Program-made: the position numbers and the translations under genes
Notes under the pieces: generated by a model
Databases searched by the model: none
The model's input: the letters and a program-made list of their open reading frames with translations, nothing else
What the model was told of the DNA's origin: nothing
Shown here: piece after piece, positions 1 to 13,299 of the stretch
Position numbering within the stretch: position 1 is the first letter of the stretch
Layout of the letters: the number at the start of each line of letters is the position of its first letter
NCBI GenBank assembly: GCA_002104905.1
Contig: MCFE01000366.1
Span: forward strand, 22,949-86,948
Source: Basidiobolus meristosporus CBS 931.73
Taxonomy: Eukaryota > Fungi > Basidiobolomycota
DNA length: 64,000 bases
Direction of reading: 5' to 3'

Positions 1-849
1 GTTACTTGCACTCTCTTGTACAGTGACAAATAACTGTTCATCAGTAGTTATATGGTTTGCCTGCTCTAGTTTCTGTTTTTTGTCTTCTTGTTTCTTCTTG
101 CATTCTCTTGCCCAGTGTCCTGGCTTCTTACAGTAGTTACAGCAGCCAGGTTTTCTTTGATTTTGTTGCTTTCCCTTCTTTTCTGTATGCCTTTCTGAAC
201 TGAATAAAGCATTATCTTCAATTTTCTCTGCTTGATCATTACGTCTGAGTTCTTCATGGAGAAGTCTTCCTTTGGCATAGTCTAAAGTCAAGTTGTCTTC
301 TCTGCTTTCAAAAGAAAGTATGAGTGGCTCATACTTGTCTGGTAGGCTGCAAAGCAGACAGAGTATCTTTTCTTCAGCATCTACACCAGCATTAATACTG
401 TAAAGTTCTTCTGCAAGTGTCTCCATTCTGGTAATGGGTTGGAGCATATCATCATCTGGCTTTTTTCTCATGTTGAAGAACTTTTGTTTCAAATAAAGCT
501 TGCTTGATACTGACTTTGCTCTAAAGATCTTCTCTAAGGATTCCCATGCTGCTTTGGCAGTATTTGAGGCATGGATTTGTCCAATGAAGGAGTCTTGCAC
601 ATTGATGCATATTGCATTGAAGGCCTTTCTCTCCTTCTCTTGAAACTTCTCCACATCTTCTGCTGTTCCTTTGGGCTCAACTTCCTTTCCTGTTACTATG
701 TTCCAATGCTTTCTTTCCTCCAGGTGTATCTGCATCTTGATTCTTCAAAGTCTGTAGTTCTTCCCATCAAACCTCTCCTTTACAGGGAAGATGTTGGTAT
801 TGCTTTGTTTGCTGGTAGAAGTCATCTTTGGAATAGATTAAGGCAATCA
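1..849 (-). mobile_element. Ty1/copia LTR retrotransposon relic, gag region (degenerate; runs off window start)
   Basis: Minus-strand translation gives ERFDGKNYRL*RIKMQIHLEERKHWNIVTG (copia gag N-terminal motif, ~690-780) and a CCHC knuckle CNYCKKPGHWAREC (~100-141). In-frame stops are present. Confidence 0.85.
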
Positions 850-861
850 GGGCTCATAACC
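850..861 (-). promoter_or_regulatory. Copia-type primer binding site GGTTATGAGCCC
   Basis: Lies immediately 3' of the LTR end (...GCAACA) on the minus strand. It differs by one base from the GGTTATGGGCCC PBS of Drosophila copia-like elements, which prime on an internal tRNA-iMet fragment. Confidence 0.75.
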
Positions 862-1230
862 TGTTGCAATTTAAGAAGTGATTTGGATACAAGGAACTTA
901 TCAAGAAATAGTGATAATAGTTGAACTGTTGTTTATTCATAAAGAAGCTCAGTATTTATACCTTTGTAGAAGAAATACAGCTGCAGCACTAAGTAGGGAG
1001 GGTTTCTCAATATTCAGGAGCATTCTGTAACAGTTTCAGGGTTAGTACATAATGTTTGGTAATAGTGCTAATTTGATCCTGACTATAGGGGAATAATCAT
1101 AAGATCATATATCTGGAGAAAGCGGCAAAGTTAAGGCAGTAAATGAGTCCTACAGTGACTAAGACTAGCCTAGAATTGTTAAGTAAATTTTTAGCTGCTG
1201 AATGATACCAAATAGTCCAATATTTCAACA
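862..1230 (-). repeat. 5' LTR of the copia relic (369 bp)
   Basis: Minus strand starts TGTTGAAA and ends TGCAACA (TGTTG...CAACA inverted termini), followed directly by the PBS. Confidence 0.75.
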
Positions 1231-1599
1231 CTGTAATGGAAAATTTCTTTCAAGTTTTTGTAATATTTAAGGTCAATTTTTCTGATGGTATTTGCACAGC
1301 ACCTAAATGTAATCAATACTTCTCAGTAGCCAGATTTTAATTATGTGATGGCCTTTTGATAGGACCATCACAGCTTATAATGCAAGGATTTATTACTAGC
1401 TACTTGGTAGTTGTTTGTTCCCTACCTTGTAGATAGCAAGTTGCAAAGAGAGATAAGCTGATGATCTATCATGGAGTCTTCTTCTCCAGACTCTATTTGA
1501 CTATTGCGGAAGAAGACTGGCTATGAAGACCCTACAAAAGCCATTATGATGATTCCATCAAAAGACCATAATAGACTTTAAATCCTATTGATGTTTTAA

Positions 1600-3440
1600 T
1601 AACACCATGCAAAGACCACTAATAATGTACTGTTGTGGCTAGAGAAGTGGTGCGTTTCCACTAAAACCAGTAATGGGGGCTCTGAAGATTTACTGCCACT
1701 TCTTGTCATAATCATCCTGGGATGCAACTTACCATTGTGGTTGCATATAACTCCAAGGAAGAGATATGTCCAACACTTCTCAAGTGTCATGCATTTGAGG
1801 TATTCACTGGGTAAAATAACCTCTGGCAGAAGCTTGTTAGGAATACTTGGGTTCTGTCTCTAATCTAATATGATGGGGAATAAAGCCACAAGCTTTTCAA
1901 GGGAAAACTATTTAGCTACAATCCCCAACTTAATTGGCATCTTAACAAAAGCATGTGCTGGATTCAGCATTGTTTGAGATGACAATGTACTAAAGCTTCT
2001 AAAGTTAAAACAACTGTAAACTTAACCAGCGGGACTTAATAAGAATGCAGCTGTGGTCAATAGTTACAAAGACAGAAAAGTGTCTTTGCTTGTACAAAAA
2101 TATACTTGGTAAACATTCAACTTTAATAAAAGATACCCACTCTGAGTATTCTTCACAAATATTGCCTCCAAGGTCAGTTGGCTGTCAGCATGGTTTCCTG
2201 GGATTGGATGTTCAAGAAGCAGCAGGTAGCGGCAATCACATTAATTAACAAGTTGGTGTATTGATAAAAGGGATGATGATTTAATGTTGAGGGATTGCCC
2301 CCTTATATACTTTTCTCACTGGCAATGCAACTACTAATCATGGTGTTCCAGAAGGTTGCAGTAGTCAGGTAGATATCTTAATAACATCAGAATGCACTAA
2401 GAATAATTCATGTAGCTGCCAGAAGGTTCTAAGAGGCAGAGCACACTCAACCAATCAGGGATTAGTATTCTGAGACCTATATAACATAGGGATACCATAT
2501 ATGCTGTGAAAATGGTAGGGATGTTGTAGTGGTCTGGTCATGTATTATGGGTACTGGCACAGGTACCTGCCTAGTACAAAAGCACTTCTATCAAGTAAGC
2601 TTACATAAAGTGAGTGTTAGCTTATGCAATAAGGTGAGCAGGTTTGTTAGTCAGCCAGCTTGTGGGATAGTACTGATCAAGTGAGACAAATGGGATAAAA
2701 CCAGTATAAGTGTAGTAAAAAAATAGGGAAGTAGAAAATATGGGAATGAGCACATCTGTCAGTGGGTGTTATTGTGACCCCACTACACCATGTAAGCAGT
2801 ATAAATGGACAACCATCATTCAGCTGGGAACATACAACCCAAAGACTGTCCTGGTACCAGCATGTGTTCACAGTTGTATGGCATTCACTTCAGAAGAAGC
2901 CATTAGTGCATAGTGTCCAGCTTGTCAGAAATCCATCACTATTGTGGGAGAACATTGCCCACACTCCAGACATATTTGGGTTATGCCCTATCTAAAGAAG
3001 CTCATGTAGTCCAGCAAATGTTGCAAGGCAATAAAGTACTGCACTCAGTGTCAATCAAGCGTCAACATAATTAACATATTCAGTAACAAACATTACAAAC
3101 AGCTAAGAAGCAAGGTCTACCTTGAAGGAATGTATGGCTATGCCTTTACCTTGGCACTTGATGGACTCTCAAAAAACACGTATGCTACCAGCAAATCCTG
3201 CCAGTCACCGATCCTCATTAACCTGAGTCTGCCATCTATCTTACTGTATCAGTTCAGAAATCTCATGGTAGTCTTACAGATATTAATGATTGAACTACTG
3301 ACTATCTAGGGTAGCTACCTATACTTTTTGCTGGATGAATCTTGTATGCTTTTCAGGATACTGGTAAATGGGCATAATATCAGAGTACTTATTATCATCT
3401 GCATTGGAGATACCCCAGTTGATAGCAAGATAGCCAGCCC
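1600..3440. mobile_element. Fragments of CMC/EnSpm-like transposase in both orientations (~1600-1860 minus; ~2640-3440 plus)
   Basis: Nucleotide similarity by eye to the longer copies at 3.4-7.0 kb and 24.5-28.3 kb, e.g. GGACAACCATCAT...GCATGTGTT and IICIGDTP. Confidence 0.65.
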
Positions 3441-6400
3441 CTATGAAGATAATTTGGTCCTGTGGGTGGATCCAATCCAGATTAGCCATCAGGAATCCAG
3501 TTTAGAGACTGTAATAATACCAGCAGCTTGGAATTAGTGACCCTCCTAATGGTCTTATGATGGGATCATGGCTGTGTTATGCTAATTCTACAACCACATA
3601 AAGGGATAAAACTTGACAAGATTTAATCAGTGCTGTGACAATGTTTTCATGTTATTGCTGCAGCCTTTTAGCATGGTATATCTATTATAAGTGGATCCAA
3701 TTGGTCAGGACACCCAATTACCTTATATGTCAACAAACATGACAGTATTCTGACAGCCTCTTGGCAAGACTCTGATGGCATTATATTGGCAGAATAACAG
3801 CCTACAGCTGGTTCTGTATAATGCTACTGCACCAGTTTACCAAATGGTGATTCCTTTTTCTATCTCCCGTTGTGCAATATGCATATTCCACTGTAAAACC
3901 ATCCCCCTTTAGTTGCTTACCCAGTACTACCTTAGGTATTACACATATAGTCTGAAACAAAAAAATTATGGCCTCCTGCTAACTAACTTCAACAAACTCA
4001 AGCACCTACCACTAATTGATATACTTCTATTACCTCAACTTTACGGCTTTTTAATGCAATACTTGCAAAATTGCCATATACTTTGTACTGCTGGTAACAT
4101 ATACATCTTGCTAACAAATACTTAGTTGAAGCCACTTCTGCCATGAATACCTCCTGAATATCTGCAGAGAACCTCTTGGTATTTAGCCAATATATTCCTT
4201 CTCCCTGCTGGATTCCAGTTGCCCTTATAGGTGCACTGTGGCATTTGTTTGTATGAATTTCTTATTGAAAGGTGTAGAAGTAGGCTTGTGACCATGAGTA
4301 ATCTGGCATATGTTTGTAGAGTTTCCCTCATAAAAATTAGTTGCTTATTTCACCCAACCCAACTTTGCATTACTTAACTGATTACCCACACATTGGGGCT
4401 GCTTAGCTTCTTAATGCTATAGGCATAGTTTTCTCCATGGGCACAATTGTTCTCAATATTTTCCAACTCTTCCTGGTTGTTGTCCATGTGCCAACTCTTC
4501 ACATTCATGACAGACTTGAAGGTAATATTTTTGATGAGATTGGTATATAGTGATGTCTGCCACTTGACTCATCTTCCTCTCTCCCCACACATCCGCTCCA
4601 TAGGATATTCTCAGAAGGCAAAGCAAGGCCCAATATTCTTCACACACCATGCAAGATGGAGTAGAGAATGGATACAGTAGCAGCAGAGTTCTACACATTC
4701 AGCTTTATGTCTGTAGTATAGCTGCTCAAATCCTGTCACAAACTCCTCACACAACAGTTGTAGATGCATCAAGTTGGCATTGGTGATCTGCTTCTGGATA
4801 AATACTCCTACAATGCCTACATATGACTCCCTAAGCTTCCAATATACTTTTGGTAGGAATGGCTTTGGAACGCCACTTGAATGAATACATATTAAGTTCA
4901 TCTAGTCTTTGCATTTGTATTGTGGTAAATGCATATGAATATTAATGGGAGCCCACAAGAAGTACTTAGGGTGGCAAATACTCTGTGATATCTTGCCAAT
5001 TTTCTCAAACTTCTCTGGTATCTCAAAGGGCTCATTTAGATTGAAATGCCCCATTTACAACTTAGTCATTAGTATAAGTATATTGTTGTAAAGCAAATGC
5101 ATTGCTCCCAGTGCAAAGCTTTTGCTCCAGCAGATACTCTTAATCTTAAGTATATCTGGTTTCTAATTGACTCCATATTCTTGCCAATTGCTTATAGCTG
5201 TCAAACTCTACTGCAATTGTATGCCAAGTTCTGTATGTTGTCTCTGTGGGAAGATGATGTATTCAGTGCTGGTGCTTGGGTTATAATAATGTGTGTGAGT
5301 TATGGAGTAAGTTCCTTGGATCTCACATATTTGACAGCAATACTTTAAGTTGTGGTTGGAGAAACCTGCTATCTTGCTGATGGCTGAGGTATCTCCTATA
5401 CAGATAGTAATATGTGCTTTTAAATCACAGCCATTTACTGTTATCCTGCTGGAAAGCATACAAAATGCATCCACCAATTGATACAGGTAGCTATCCAGGT
5501 TGGACAGTGATTTAGACCCAGATACCAGTGAGAATACCATCAGATTATTGCTCTGATACTGTAATATGGGCAGTAGATTGAGATTGATGAGAATCAGTGG
5601 CCAGCAGGATTTGCTGGTAGAGTACTTCTTAATGGAAATCCATCAACTGCAAAAGCAAAGGCATGGTTGTACATACCTTCAGAGTAGCCCTTGCTTCTAT
5701 GCTGTTTGCAATGTTTGCCATCAAGTATATGGGATATGTTTGCGCTTGATTGATACTGAGTGCAGTACTATAAAGCTTTGCAATATTTGTTGGACTGCAT
5801 CAGCTTCCGCAGATGGGGTATGACCAGAATATATCTGGAGTGTGAACAATGCTTTCCCTTGATGGTTGTGGATGCCTGACAATTTGGACACATTGCAATG
5901 GTAGCACTTTTGGATGTAAATGTGATGCAACTGTTAACACATGCAGGAATCAAGACAGTATCTGGATCATATGTTGCCAGCTGCATGAAGGCTGTCCACT
6001 TGTAATGTGTACATGGTAAGTTGCATCCTGGAATGATTTTGGCAAGAAGTAGTAATAAATCCTCAAAGCCCCCATACTGATATTAGTGGAAGCATGCTAC
6101 TTCTCTAGCCACAACACTACATCATTCACTAGTAGATGGACTACTGAGCTCACTTGGCTCCACAAAGTATCCTTGGCATTTGTTTCAACAGGTGTAGTCT
6201 TGTTACAGATAAAAATTTGACTGGGCAAATACCTGGTACTGTTGTTAGGCAAGATAGGCTCCAAATCCATCAGTGAACCTTCTTTGTCAGAGCTATGGCT
6301 CTGAGTGCCATATTCAGAACACTGAGATGAGTCTAAAGGCATCACAAACTTACCTGACTTTGTTTGCCAGAGTGACAAAGATAGCCAGATGCCAATATAG

Positions 6401-7020
6401 ATGTATCAACTGGCTGGCAAGATAATGCTGGTACAGTAGTGACCAATGAATGGTCAAATATGACTTGGGTGGCAAAACACTGGCCATTATCCTTGTAAGC
6501 TTCCTAAGCAGTCTGTGTGCTTCATGGCTGAGAGGCTTCCCACAATAGTTGCATGGTCTTTTTTCTCTACTCTTACAGCATTGAGTCAAAGTAGTCTTGT
6601 CCATGGGGCAAACAGTTTGACCTTCAACAAGGTAATGCTATTATATCAATCTTTGGTCATGCTCAGGTGAACTTAAGACAGTCCTGTATTTGGGATATTT
6701 CACCTACACAAATGTGAAATTCAATGATAACCCACCATGGTAAGCATTATAAATCAAGTTGTGGCACCACATACACACATTTATGTAACACTGTATTCCC
6801 TTTTGCTTGACTCACTACCATATATGTGCTACCAAAGAATAAAGCAAAGTTGTCTGGTTCTCAACCAAACACCACCCCTGACAACAACCAAAGCAGGGTT
6901 GGACAGCAGCTTGCTTTGACATTTGGTGAAATTAGCACAGCTTCATCCAAAAAGGCCCTGTGGACAGTGTGTTTATTGAATTTAATAATAATAACTTTTC
7001 AAAGGGGGCTTTTCTGAGCA
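3440..7020 (-). mobile_element. Degenerate CMC/EnSpm (CACTA-like) DNA transposon copy 1
   Basis: ORF remnants such as ITICIGDTSAISKIAGFSNHNLKYCCQICEIQG (Transposase_21-like GD.PA..K..GF.GH...C..C motif) and an N-terminal CxC..CxxC-like segment. Many stops and frameshifts. Confidence 0.75.
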
Positions 7021-7244
7021 TAATGGACAGTACTGCTGACAAATGAATAAGATCCAGGGGACCTACTCTTTGACTTACCCACATTCCTATTATCCAAACT
7101 CCAGCACAAAGAGTATAATTTTCTTACTAAGAGAACACACTGGGATCAGCATTTCAAGCTGATTGGGCCTTTCAAGACATAGAAGATAAATGAAAGAATT
7201 GGCATGTTATCACATAGTATCTGCTACCAAAAATACTTCCCACC

Positions 7245-7830
7245 GGATCTAATCAGTATTTGTACACATAGGCAACTATACAAATGCAAGGGCTGGTTGA
7301 GCTAGATATGTACCAATTTAAGTGGCATTCTGAAGCCATCTTTACCAAAAGTACATTAAAATCATGGGAAGCTATATGTTGACATTGCAGAATTATTTAT
7401 TCCAAGGCAGATCTCCAGTGCCAACTTGACACATCTTCAGCTTTTTGAACAGAGTTTATGATGCAATCTGAGTGGCAATCCTATAAGCAGAAGGCTGAAT
7501 GCATCAATCTCTGCTGCTACAGTATCCATTCTCTACACCGTAATGCTTGGTTTGTGTACATTTTGGGGCTTGCTTCACCTTTTTTAGTTTATATGGGATG
7601 AATGTGTGGAACAACAGGAAGACATTTCAAGTTGCAGGTACTACCACAGCCCAATTCCATCAAGAATAAAACCTTCATGTCCATCATAGATATGATGAGT
7701 TGCACATGGGAGACAGTCAAGAGGAGTTGGACAATATTGAAGACAAATGTGCTGATGCAGACACCCATGCCTTAGATATTAAGAAGCTAAGCAGCTCTAA
7801 TGCATGGGTATTCAGCTTAGCTATGCATGG
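7245..7830 (+). mobile_element. Inverted fragment of the same CMC-like transposase
   Basis: Reverse-complement similarity to ~4390-4960 (AAGGCTGAATG...CTCTGCTGCTACAGTATCCATTCTCTAC). Confidence 0.65.
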
Positions 7831-8021
7831 TCAAGTTAGACAAAACAAACATACGTTTTTATCTGGACAACTTTTCCAACAAGTGCCGGGTCACTCTTTG
7901 TCACAAGTCAATTTATGTACCATTCAGTACTGAATCAATACAAACAAGTGCCACAGTGCACCTATTAGGGGGACTAGAATCCAGCAGGGAGAAGAAATAT
8001 ACTGGTAGGAGCTGCCACTTG

Positions 8022-8162
8022 TGTTAGAAGTCTTGGTATAAGAGTTGTAGAGGAATAGTGAGATTTGCTAGTATTGTATTCACTAAAACCTGAACTGATC
8101 TTTATTGAGATTCCAGCAGCTCCCTACATACATTTGGCCAGATCAACTGCTGACTAATTGTA
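8022..8162. repeat. LTR-derived direct repeat, left copy (partner 12364-12504)
   Basis: Shared core TTGTATTCACTAAAACCTGAACTGATCTTTATTGAGATTCCAGCAGCTCC. The right copy abuts a TGGT-type PBS upstream of gag. Confidence 0.75.
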
Positions 8163-8167
8163 TACAC

Positions 8168-9089
8168 AGTTCCCAACTGTCAATTCTTCTGGTGATATAG
8201 TCTTATCAAATCTCTGCTTCATCTTTTCTGCACTTTGAGATACTTTGGTCTGTGCCTCTTGAGATCTTTGTTCCAGTTGCTGGTGTCTACTTGGCAGACT
8301 GAGTTCATCTTCTAAGGTGTCTGTAAGCTTTGGTTGTGTGAGATCTCCTGGAATCCTTGGTTCACATCCATAAACTAAGTAAAATGGTGATTGCTGGGTG
8401 GTGTTGTGTACTCTGACTCTGCATACAAAGAGTGATTGGTCTATATACTCATCCCATCTACTGACAACTCCATTTGCATACTTGGTCAGCATTTTTCCAA
8501 CAAATCCATTAAATTGCTCAGTGACTCCATTAGTTCTGGGGTGATATGCCAAGGTTTTCAAGTGTCTTCCCAGATATTCCCTTGTTTGTCCACTAGTTAG
8601 TAAGTTGCAAATGGACATTCTCTGATGATCTTGAATGGTCCTGTCCATTGTGGTTCAAACTTCTTCCAAGTGTTGTTTCTTAGCAATACAAAGTTCCCAA
8701 CTGTCAATGCTTCTGGTGCTATAGTCTTATCAAATCTCTACTTCATCTTTTCTGCATTTTGAGATACTTTGGCCTGTGCCTCTTGATGTCTATGTTCCAG
8801 TTGCTGGTGTCTACCTGGCTGACTGAGTTCATCTTCTAAGGTGTCTGTGAGCTTTGGTTGTGTGAGATCTCCTGTAATCTGTGGTTCACATTCATACACT
8901 AAGTAAAAAGGCAATTATTGGGTAGTGTTGTGTACTTTGACTTGGCATGCAAAGAGTGCTTGGTCTATATACTCATCTCATCTACTGACAACTACACTTG
9001 CATACTTGGCCAGCATTTTTCCATATAATCCATTAAACCATTCAGTGACTCCATTAGTTCTAGGGTGATATGCTGAGGTTTTCAAGTGT
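8168..9089 (-). repeat. ~400 bp duplication of the integrase 3' region (8168-8563 and 8692-9089)
   Basis: Both copies begin GTTCCCAACTGTCAAT and end GGTTTTCAAGTG on the plus strand, and both encode AYHPRTNGVTE...KMLxKYA. Confidence 0.85.
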
Positions 9090-9573
9090 TGGATCTGCTG
9101 CATTTCCAGGTAAGCTTCCAATGTCTTTGCCATAAAGTTTGCACCTGTGTTGGATAGAATCTCTACTGGGCATCCAAACCTCATTAGGATATCATGGTAG
9201 ATGAAGCTTGCAACTTCTTGTTCACTGGCTATAGGTACAGCTTTGGCCATTGGCCATTTAGTGGCATGGTCAAGTGCTAGTAGGATCCAATGGTTGCATT
9301 TCCTGGTAGTTAGTAGTCTTCCAATAAAGTCAATTCCCCATCTTTCAAATGGCCTTACAGGCTCCAAGGAATAGAGTTCAGCAATTCTTGATAAGGCGTC
9401 AGCAACCATATTGTTTTTTCCAGGGCAGTAGACAATCTCCAAGTCAAATTGCTGAATGTACTCACTCCATCTTGTCATTCTTCTAGAGAGTACCTTCTGA
9501 GTAAATATATAATTGAGGGAGGCATGATCAGTCTTTACAGTGCATTTGGCTCCTTCAATATAGCATCTCCATG

Positions 9574-9731
9574 TGTTATGAATAGACACAAGGCAGGAGG
9601 AAAAGCTAGGCATGGCAGGAAAGGACTTAGGTGTGGACCATCAAGGCAAGGCTGTTTATTCAGGACCTGTGTTTATCAGACTGAGGAATACTTAAGGGGG
9701 GATAGGACTATGTATACTTTTTGGCTATACA
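9574..9731. repeat. Truncated copy of the solo LTR at 10052, joined to a deletion between RT YLD and RNaseH
   Basis: Begins TGTTATGAATAGACACAA like 10052 and ends ...TTTTTGGCTATAC, directly at the broken YLD(D) codons. Confidence 0.8.
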
Positions 9732-10051
9732 TCTAGGTAGATTATAACAAACTTGTCTAAGTACTCCTGGAAGACAGTCTGCATCAGGGTCATGCATGTT
9801 GCAGGGGCATTGGTGAGGCCAAAACTCATGACTAAGTACTTGTAATGTCCATATCTGGTCCTGAATGCTGTCATAGGGATGTCTTCTGGCTTCACCCTAA
9901 TCTGGTTGTATGCTGACATGAGGTCAATCTTGCTGAAAATAGTGGCTCCATTGAGTTGGCCCAAGAGCTCATCAATCCAAGGTATAGGATACTTATTCTT
10001 TGCGGTAACTGAGTTGAGGGCTCTGTAGTCAATGCACATTCTAAGTGTTCC

Positions 10052-10581
10052 TGTTATGAATAGACACAAAGCAGGAGAGTAGGGCTAGGCAAGGCAGGAC
10101 CAGGAAAAGGACTTAGGTGTGGATCAACAAGGCAAGGCGGATTTCCAAGGCAAGGCTGTTTATTCAAGACCTGTGTTTATCAGACTGAGGAATACTCAAG
10201 GGGGGATAGGACTATATATACTTTTTGGCTATACTGATGCCAGGAGATATTAGCTAATACTAATGGGGTTGTGGGGTGAGGCACAGCAGCAGTGCTGGGG
10301 ATAATAATGTAGAAGGCATGGCACTGAGACAGGATGGGGAAATGGATTGGGTCACCTGATCATGTGACTAAGTCATGTGACCTGGTATTTTTATATATGG
10401 TATTGGACTATGAAAAATATGATGGGAAGTTTCCATGGAATGTCCCATTGTGTAACAATGGTTTGGAATGGTCAGGAACTTTCTGGAAGGTTGTAGAAGG
10501 TTCCAGAGAGAATCTCTTAGAAATTGAGCTAGGAAGCTGAAATTTGGCGTGGGTGCTCATGGTTGTCATGTGATCATGACA
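10052..10581. mobile_element. Solo LTR (530 bp) inserted in the gypsy RT
   Basis: Termini TGTTATGA...TCATGACA; 5-bp TSD GTTCC at 10047-10051 and 10582-10586. Removal restores [12 protein letters not shown]. Confidence 0.92.
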
Positions 10582-12363
10582 GTTCCATCCTTCTTCTTCA
10601 CAAAAAGTACTGGTGCTCTGCAAGGTGACTTGCTGGGTCTGATATATCCTTGCTCCAGAAACTGATCTATTTGTCTCTTCATCTCTGCCAACTCCAACAG
10701 ATGAATCCTGTAAGGTGTCTTACTCACCGGAGGGCTATCTCTTGTTTCCATGGCATGATCCACATCTCTGACTGGTGGTAGGCTTATAAGCCCTTCTGGA
10801 AATATGTCTGAATTCTCCTTCAAAAGAGTGTTGAGCTTCTGGGATACTGGAGTGGAGGAATCCTCCTATAGTACTGCCATGAGGAACATCTGGGTGCCTT
10901 TTTTTAGTGCTCTACAGAACTGTGTTTTGCTAAGTTCACTTGTTTCACACACACTGGAATTGACCAAGTTAAAATCCAGTCTGGCAGTTAATAGCTCATA
11001 GGTCTTGTTGTCCTTCTGGATCTGAGTAGCATGAGTTCTCCAGTTGACTGATGGATTGTAACAAAATAGCCAGGTTTTCCCAAGTACAAGGTCAAACTTG
11101 CAGTTCCAAAAATTTAGGCCTGTAGATCTTCTTCATAGTCATTGATCTTCATCCTTACTGGCTGAGTAATACAGTTGCTTATGTTAGAGTTCCCATCAGC
11201 TGTTGAGACTGAAGTTGATTTGGTGGGTACCAAGTTGATTCCAGCTTTCCAAGCAAATTGCTCTGACATGTACTCATGCAATGCTCCTGAGTCAATCATG
11301 ATGTTGGCATGTACTCCATTGATTACTCCATTCAAGTATAATAGCTTTCCTGAGTTTGAGGTCATCTGGGATAGATATTCTCCTACCATATAGAAGGTGA
11401 GTTCTGAGTCTTCTTCAAGTTCATCCTCCATGTAATATGCCTTATGGCCTCAATATGGTTAAAGGTTCTTGATGGCTGGTGTCCATTTCTTCTCTGAGGG
11501 CAGTACTTTGCAATATGTCCCTGCTGGTGCCAATTGAAGCCAAGTCCTTTCTTCTTACATTCTTCTGAGGTAGGATTCTTCTGCATAGCATCTATTTCCA
11601 TTGGTACTGCTTCTAATTGTCTTCTTTCATAGTGATGATAGCCTCTCTGATTAGTCACTGTGAGCTTCCCAACTCCAAACATAGCTGAGTCATAGTCAAT
11701 GGCAATCTTGATGGCTTCTTCAATAGTCTGAGGTCTTTGATAATCACTTCCTTACAAGTTCTTACTTTCAACCCATCAATAAAGTACTCAACTTGATCCA
11801 GAGGGTCCATTCTTTCAATTTCCCAAGTAGACATCTATTCATAAATGTACTCTTGGACCATTCCTTTCTGGCTGAGTGTCTTCAACTTTCTTGTCAGTTG
11901 TGTCTGCTGGTGTGGGGGCTCAAAGGCGTCCTGAATTTCCAACACAAACTCATACCAGGTAGAGATTGTAGAGCATCCCATCATGGTGGCTGACCTGATC
12001 TTGTTGTGGTACCACAGTAAAGCTGCATCTGCCAAGTAAGAGGCTGCATAATGTAACTTGCTTTCTGGAGCAATTCCCTTAGCTTTGAAAGCTTCTTCAA
12101 TCTGGAAAAGCCAAGTTCCCAGGTTTTCATTGACTCTACCATGGTACTGGTTGACCTTCATACTAAAGTTGCTCTTGACAAGGTCTTGCTGGCTTTGGGC
12201 CATGGTAGTCATTCCTTGTTGCTGCTGGCTAAGGATCTGGAGTAACTGTTGCTGCTGGGCCAGGATTAGTTGCATAGCATTCTTCCAATCATGATTTTTG
12301 GACATCTTGAGGGAGGCTTATTCTTTCTTCAGGAGGGATGTTTCTGGTTATTGCTGTAACCAA

Positions 12364-12504
12364 TGTAACAAGCCTTGGTATAAAAGTTGTAGAGGAATAG
12401 GGTGTTTAGCTAGAATTGTATTCACTAAAACCTGAACTGATCTTTATTGAGATTCCAGCAGCTCCTTATATGCATTTGGCCAGATCAATTGCTGACTAAT
12501 TGTA
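12364..12504. repeat. LTR-derived direct repeat, right copy (3' part of the 5' LTR of the gypsy relic)
   Basis: Homologous to 8022-8162. On the minus strand it ends ...GTTACA and is followed by TTGGTTACAGC (PBS-like). Confidence 0.75.
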
Positions 12505-12618
12505 CTTCCTAATGTAGGCTGTGGCTGATGACTCATTTGATTGCATCATTATCACCCAATAAGATCCTACCTAATATATCTATTTCTGTCTTATAAGGAT
12601 CTGCTGATGCATTTGCTG

Positions 12619-12831
12619 ACTAATGCTACTGATTTGATAGATAATACTGATATGCTGATGACCTATACATATAACTAATTGATTTAACTAAAAACTGATC
12701 TAACTTAAACATTCAAGCCGCCAATTGTGACACTCAAATGTTTAAGTTAGATTAGTTTTTAGTCAGATGAGTTAGTTTTATGGTTAGCCTAGTGGTACAT
12801 TATTGTTATCTTTCAAATCAATAGTATTAGT
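12619..12831. repeat. Imperfect fold-back inverted repeat, ~95 bp arms with a 23 bp spacer
   Basis: Inner arms AACTAAAAACTGATCTAACTTAAACATT / AATGTTTAAGTTAGATTAGTTTTTAGTC; outer arms ACTAATGCTACTGATTTGATAGATAA / TTATCTTTCAAATCAATAGTATTAGT. Arms are colinear about centre 12725. Confidence 0.85.
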
Positions 12832-13299
12832 ACCAGATATTAAAGGTGAATTGGATTATTAATATATACAACAATGCTATTTGCACAACAAATTATTAGC
12901 ATATTTGACAGAAAATTACAAAACTGTTGAAGAATATATTTATGGCAATGTACTTAGTACAGCAGAGTTGTACCATAAGGTCTAAGGTATATACAAAGAT
13001 GTTTTAGATCAAGACAAAAATTTACATTCAACTTTACCAAATATTACATACTCTGCACTAAAATATATTTTTAAAAAGAACAACATAAAGTTAAGAGCTT
13101 TTCCAGGGATATCATACAAAAAAAATACAACTACTTAGCACGCTCTTGTTGATGGCAGATTACAAATTTTAATCCTGGTATACATGAAGATATTGTTGTA
13201 AGAGCCTTGGAGATATTGGAAGTGATTTGGGAGGACAAGTAGATTTTGTGTTTTTCTCTGAATGATTCATTGAATGCCATAGTAGCATTTTTACTTTTA

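Larger units (their letters stand above)
8022..12504 (-). mobile_element. Rearranged Ty3/gypsy LTR retrotransposon relic (gag-protease-RT-RNaseH-integrase)
   Basis: gag 11835-12305 (WLFQIEEAF, retrotransposon gag-like); protease IMIDSGA 11114-11431; [24 protein letters not shown]...IIYLD 9725-10823; RNaseH end TDHASL...ADALSR and integrase WGIDFIG/AYHPRTNG 8154-9613. Internal deletions and insertions are present. Confidence 0.9.
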
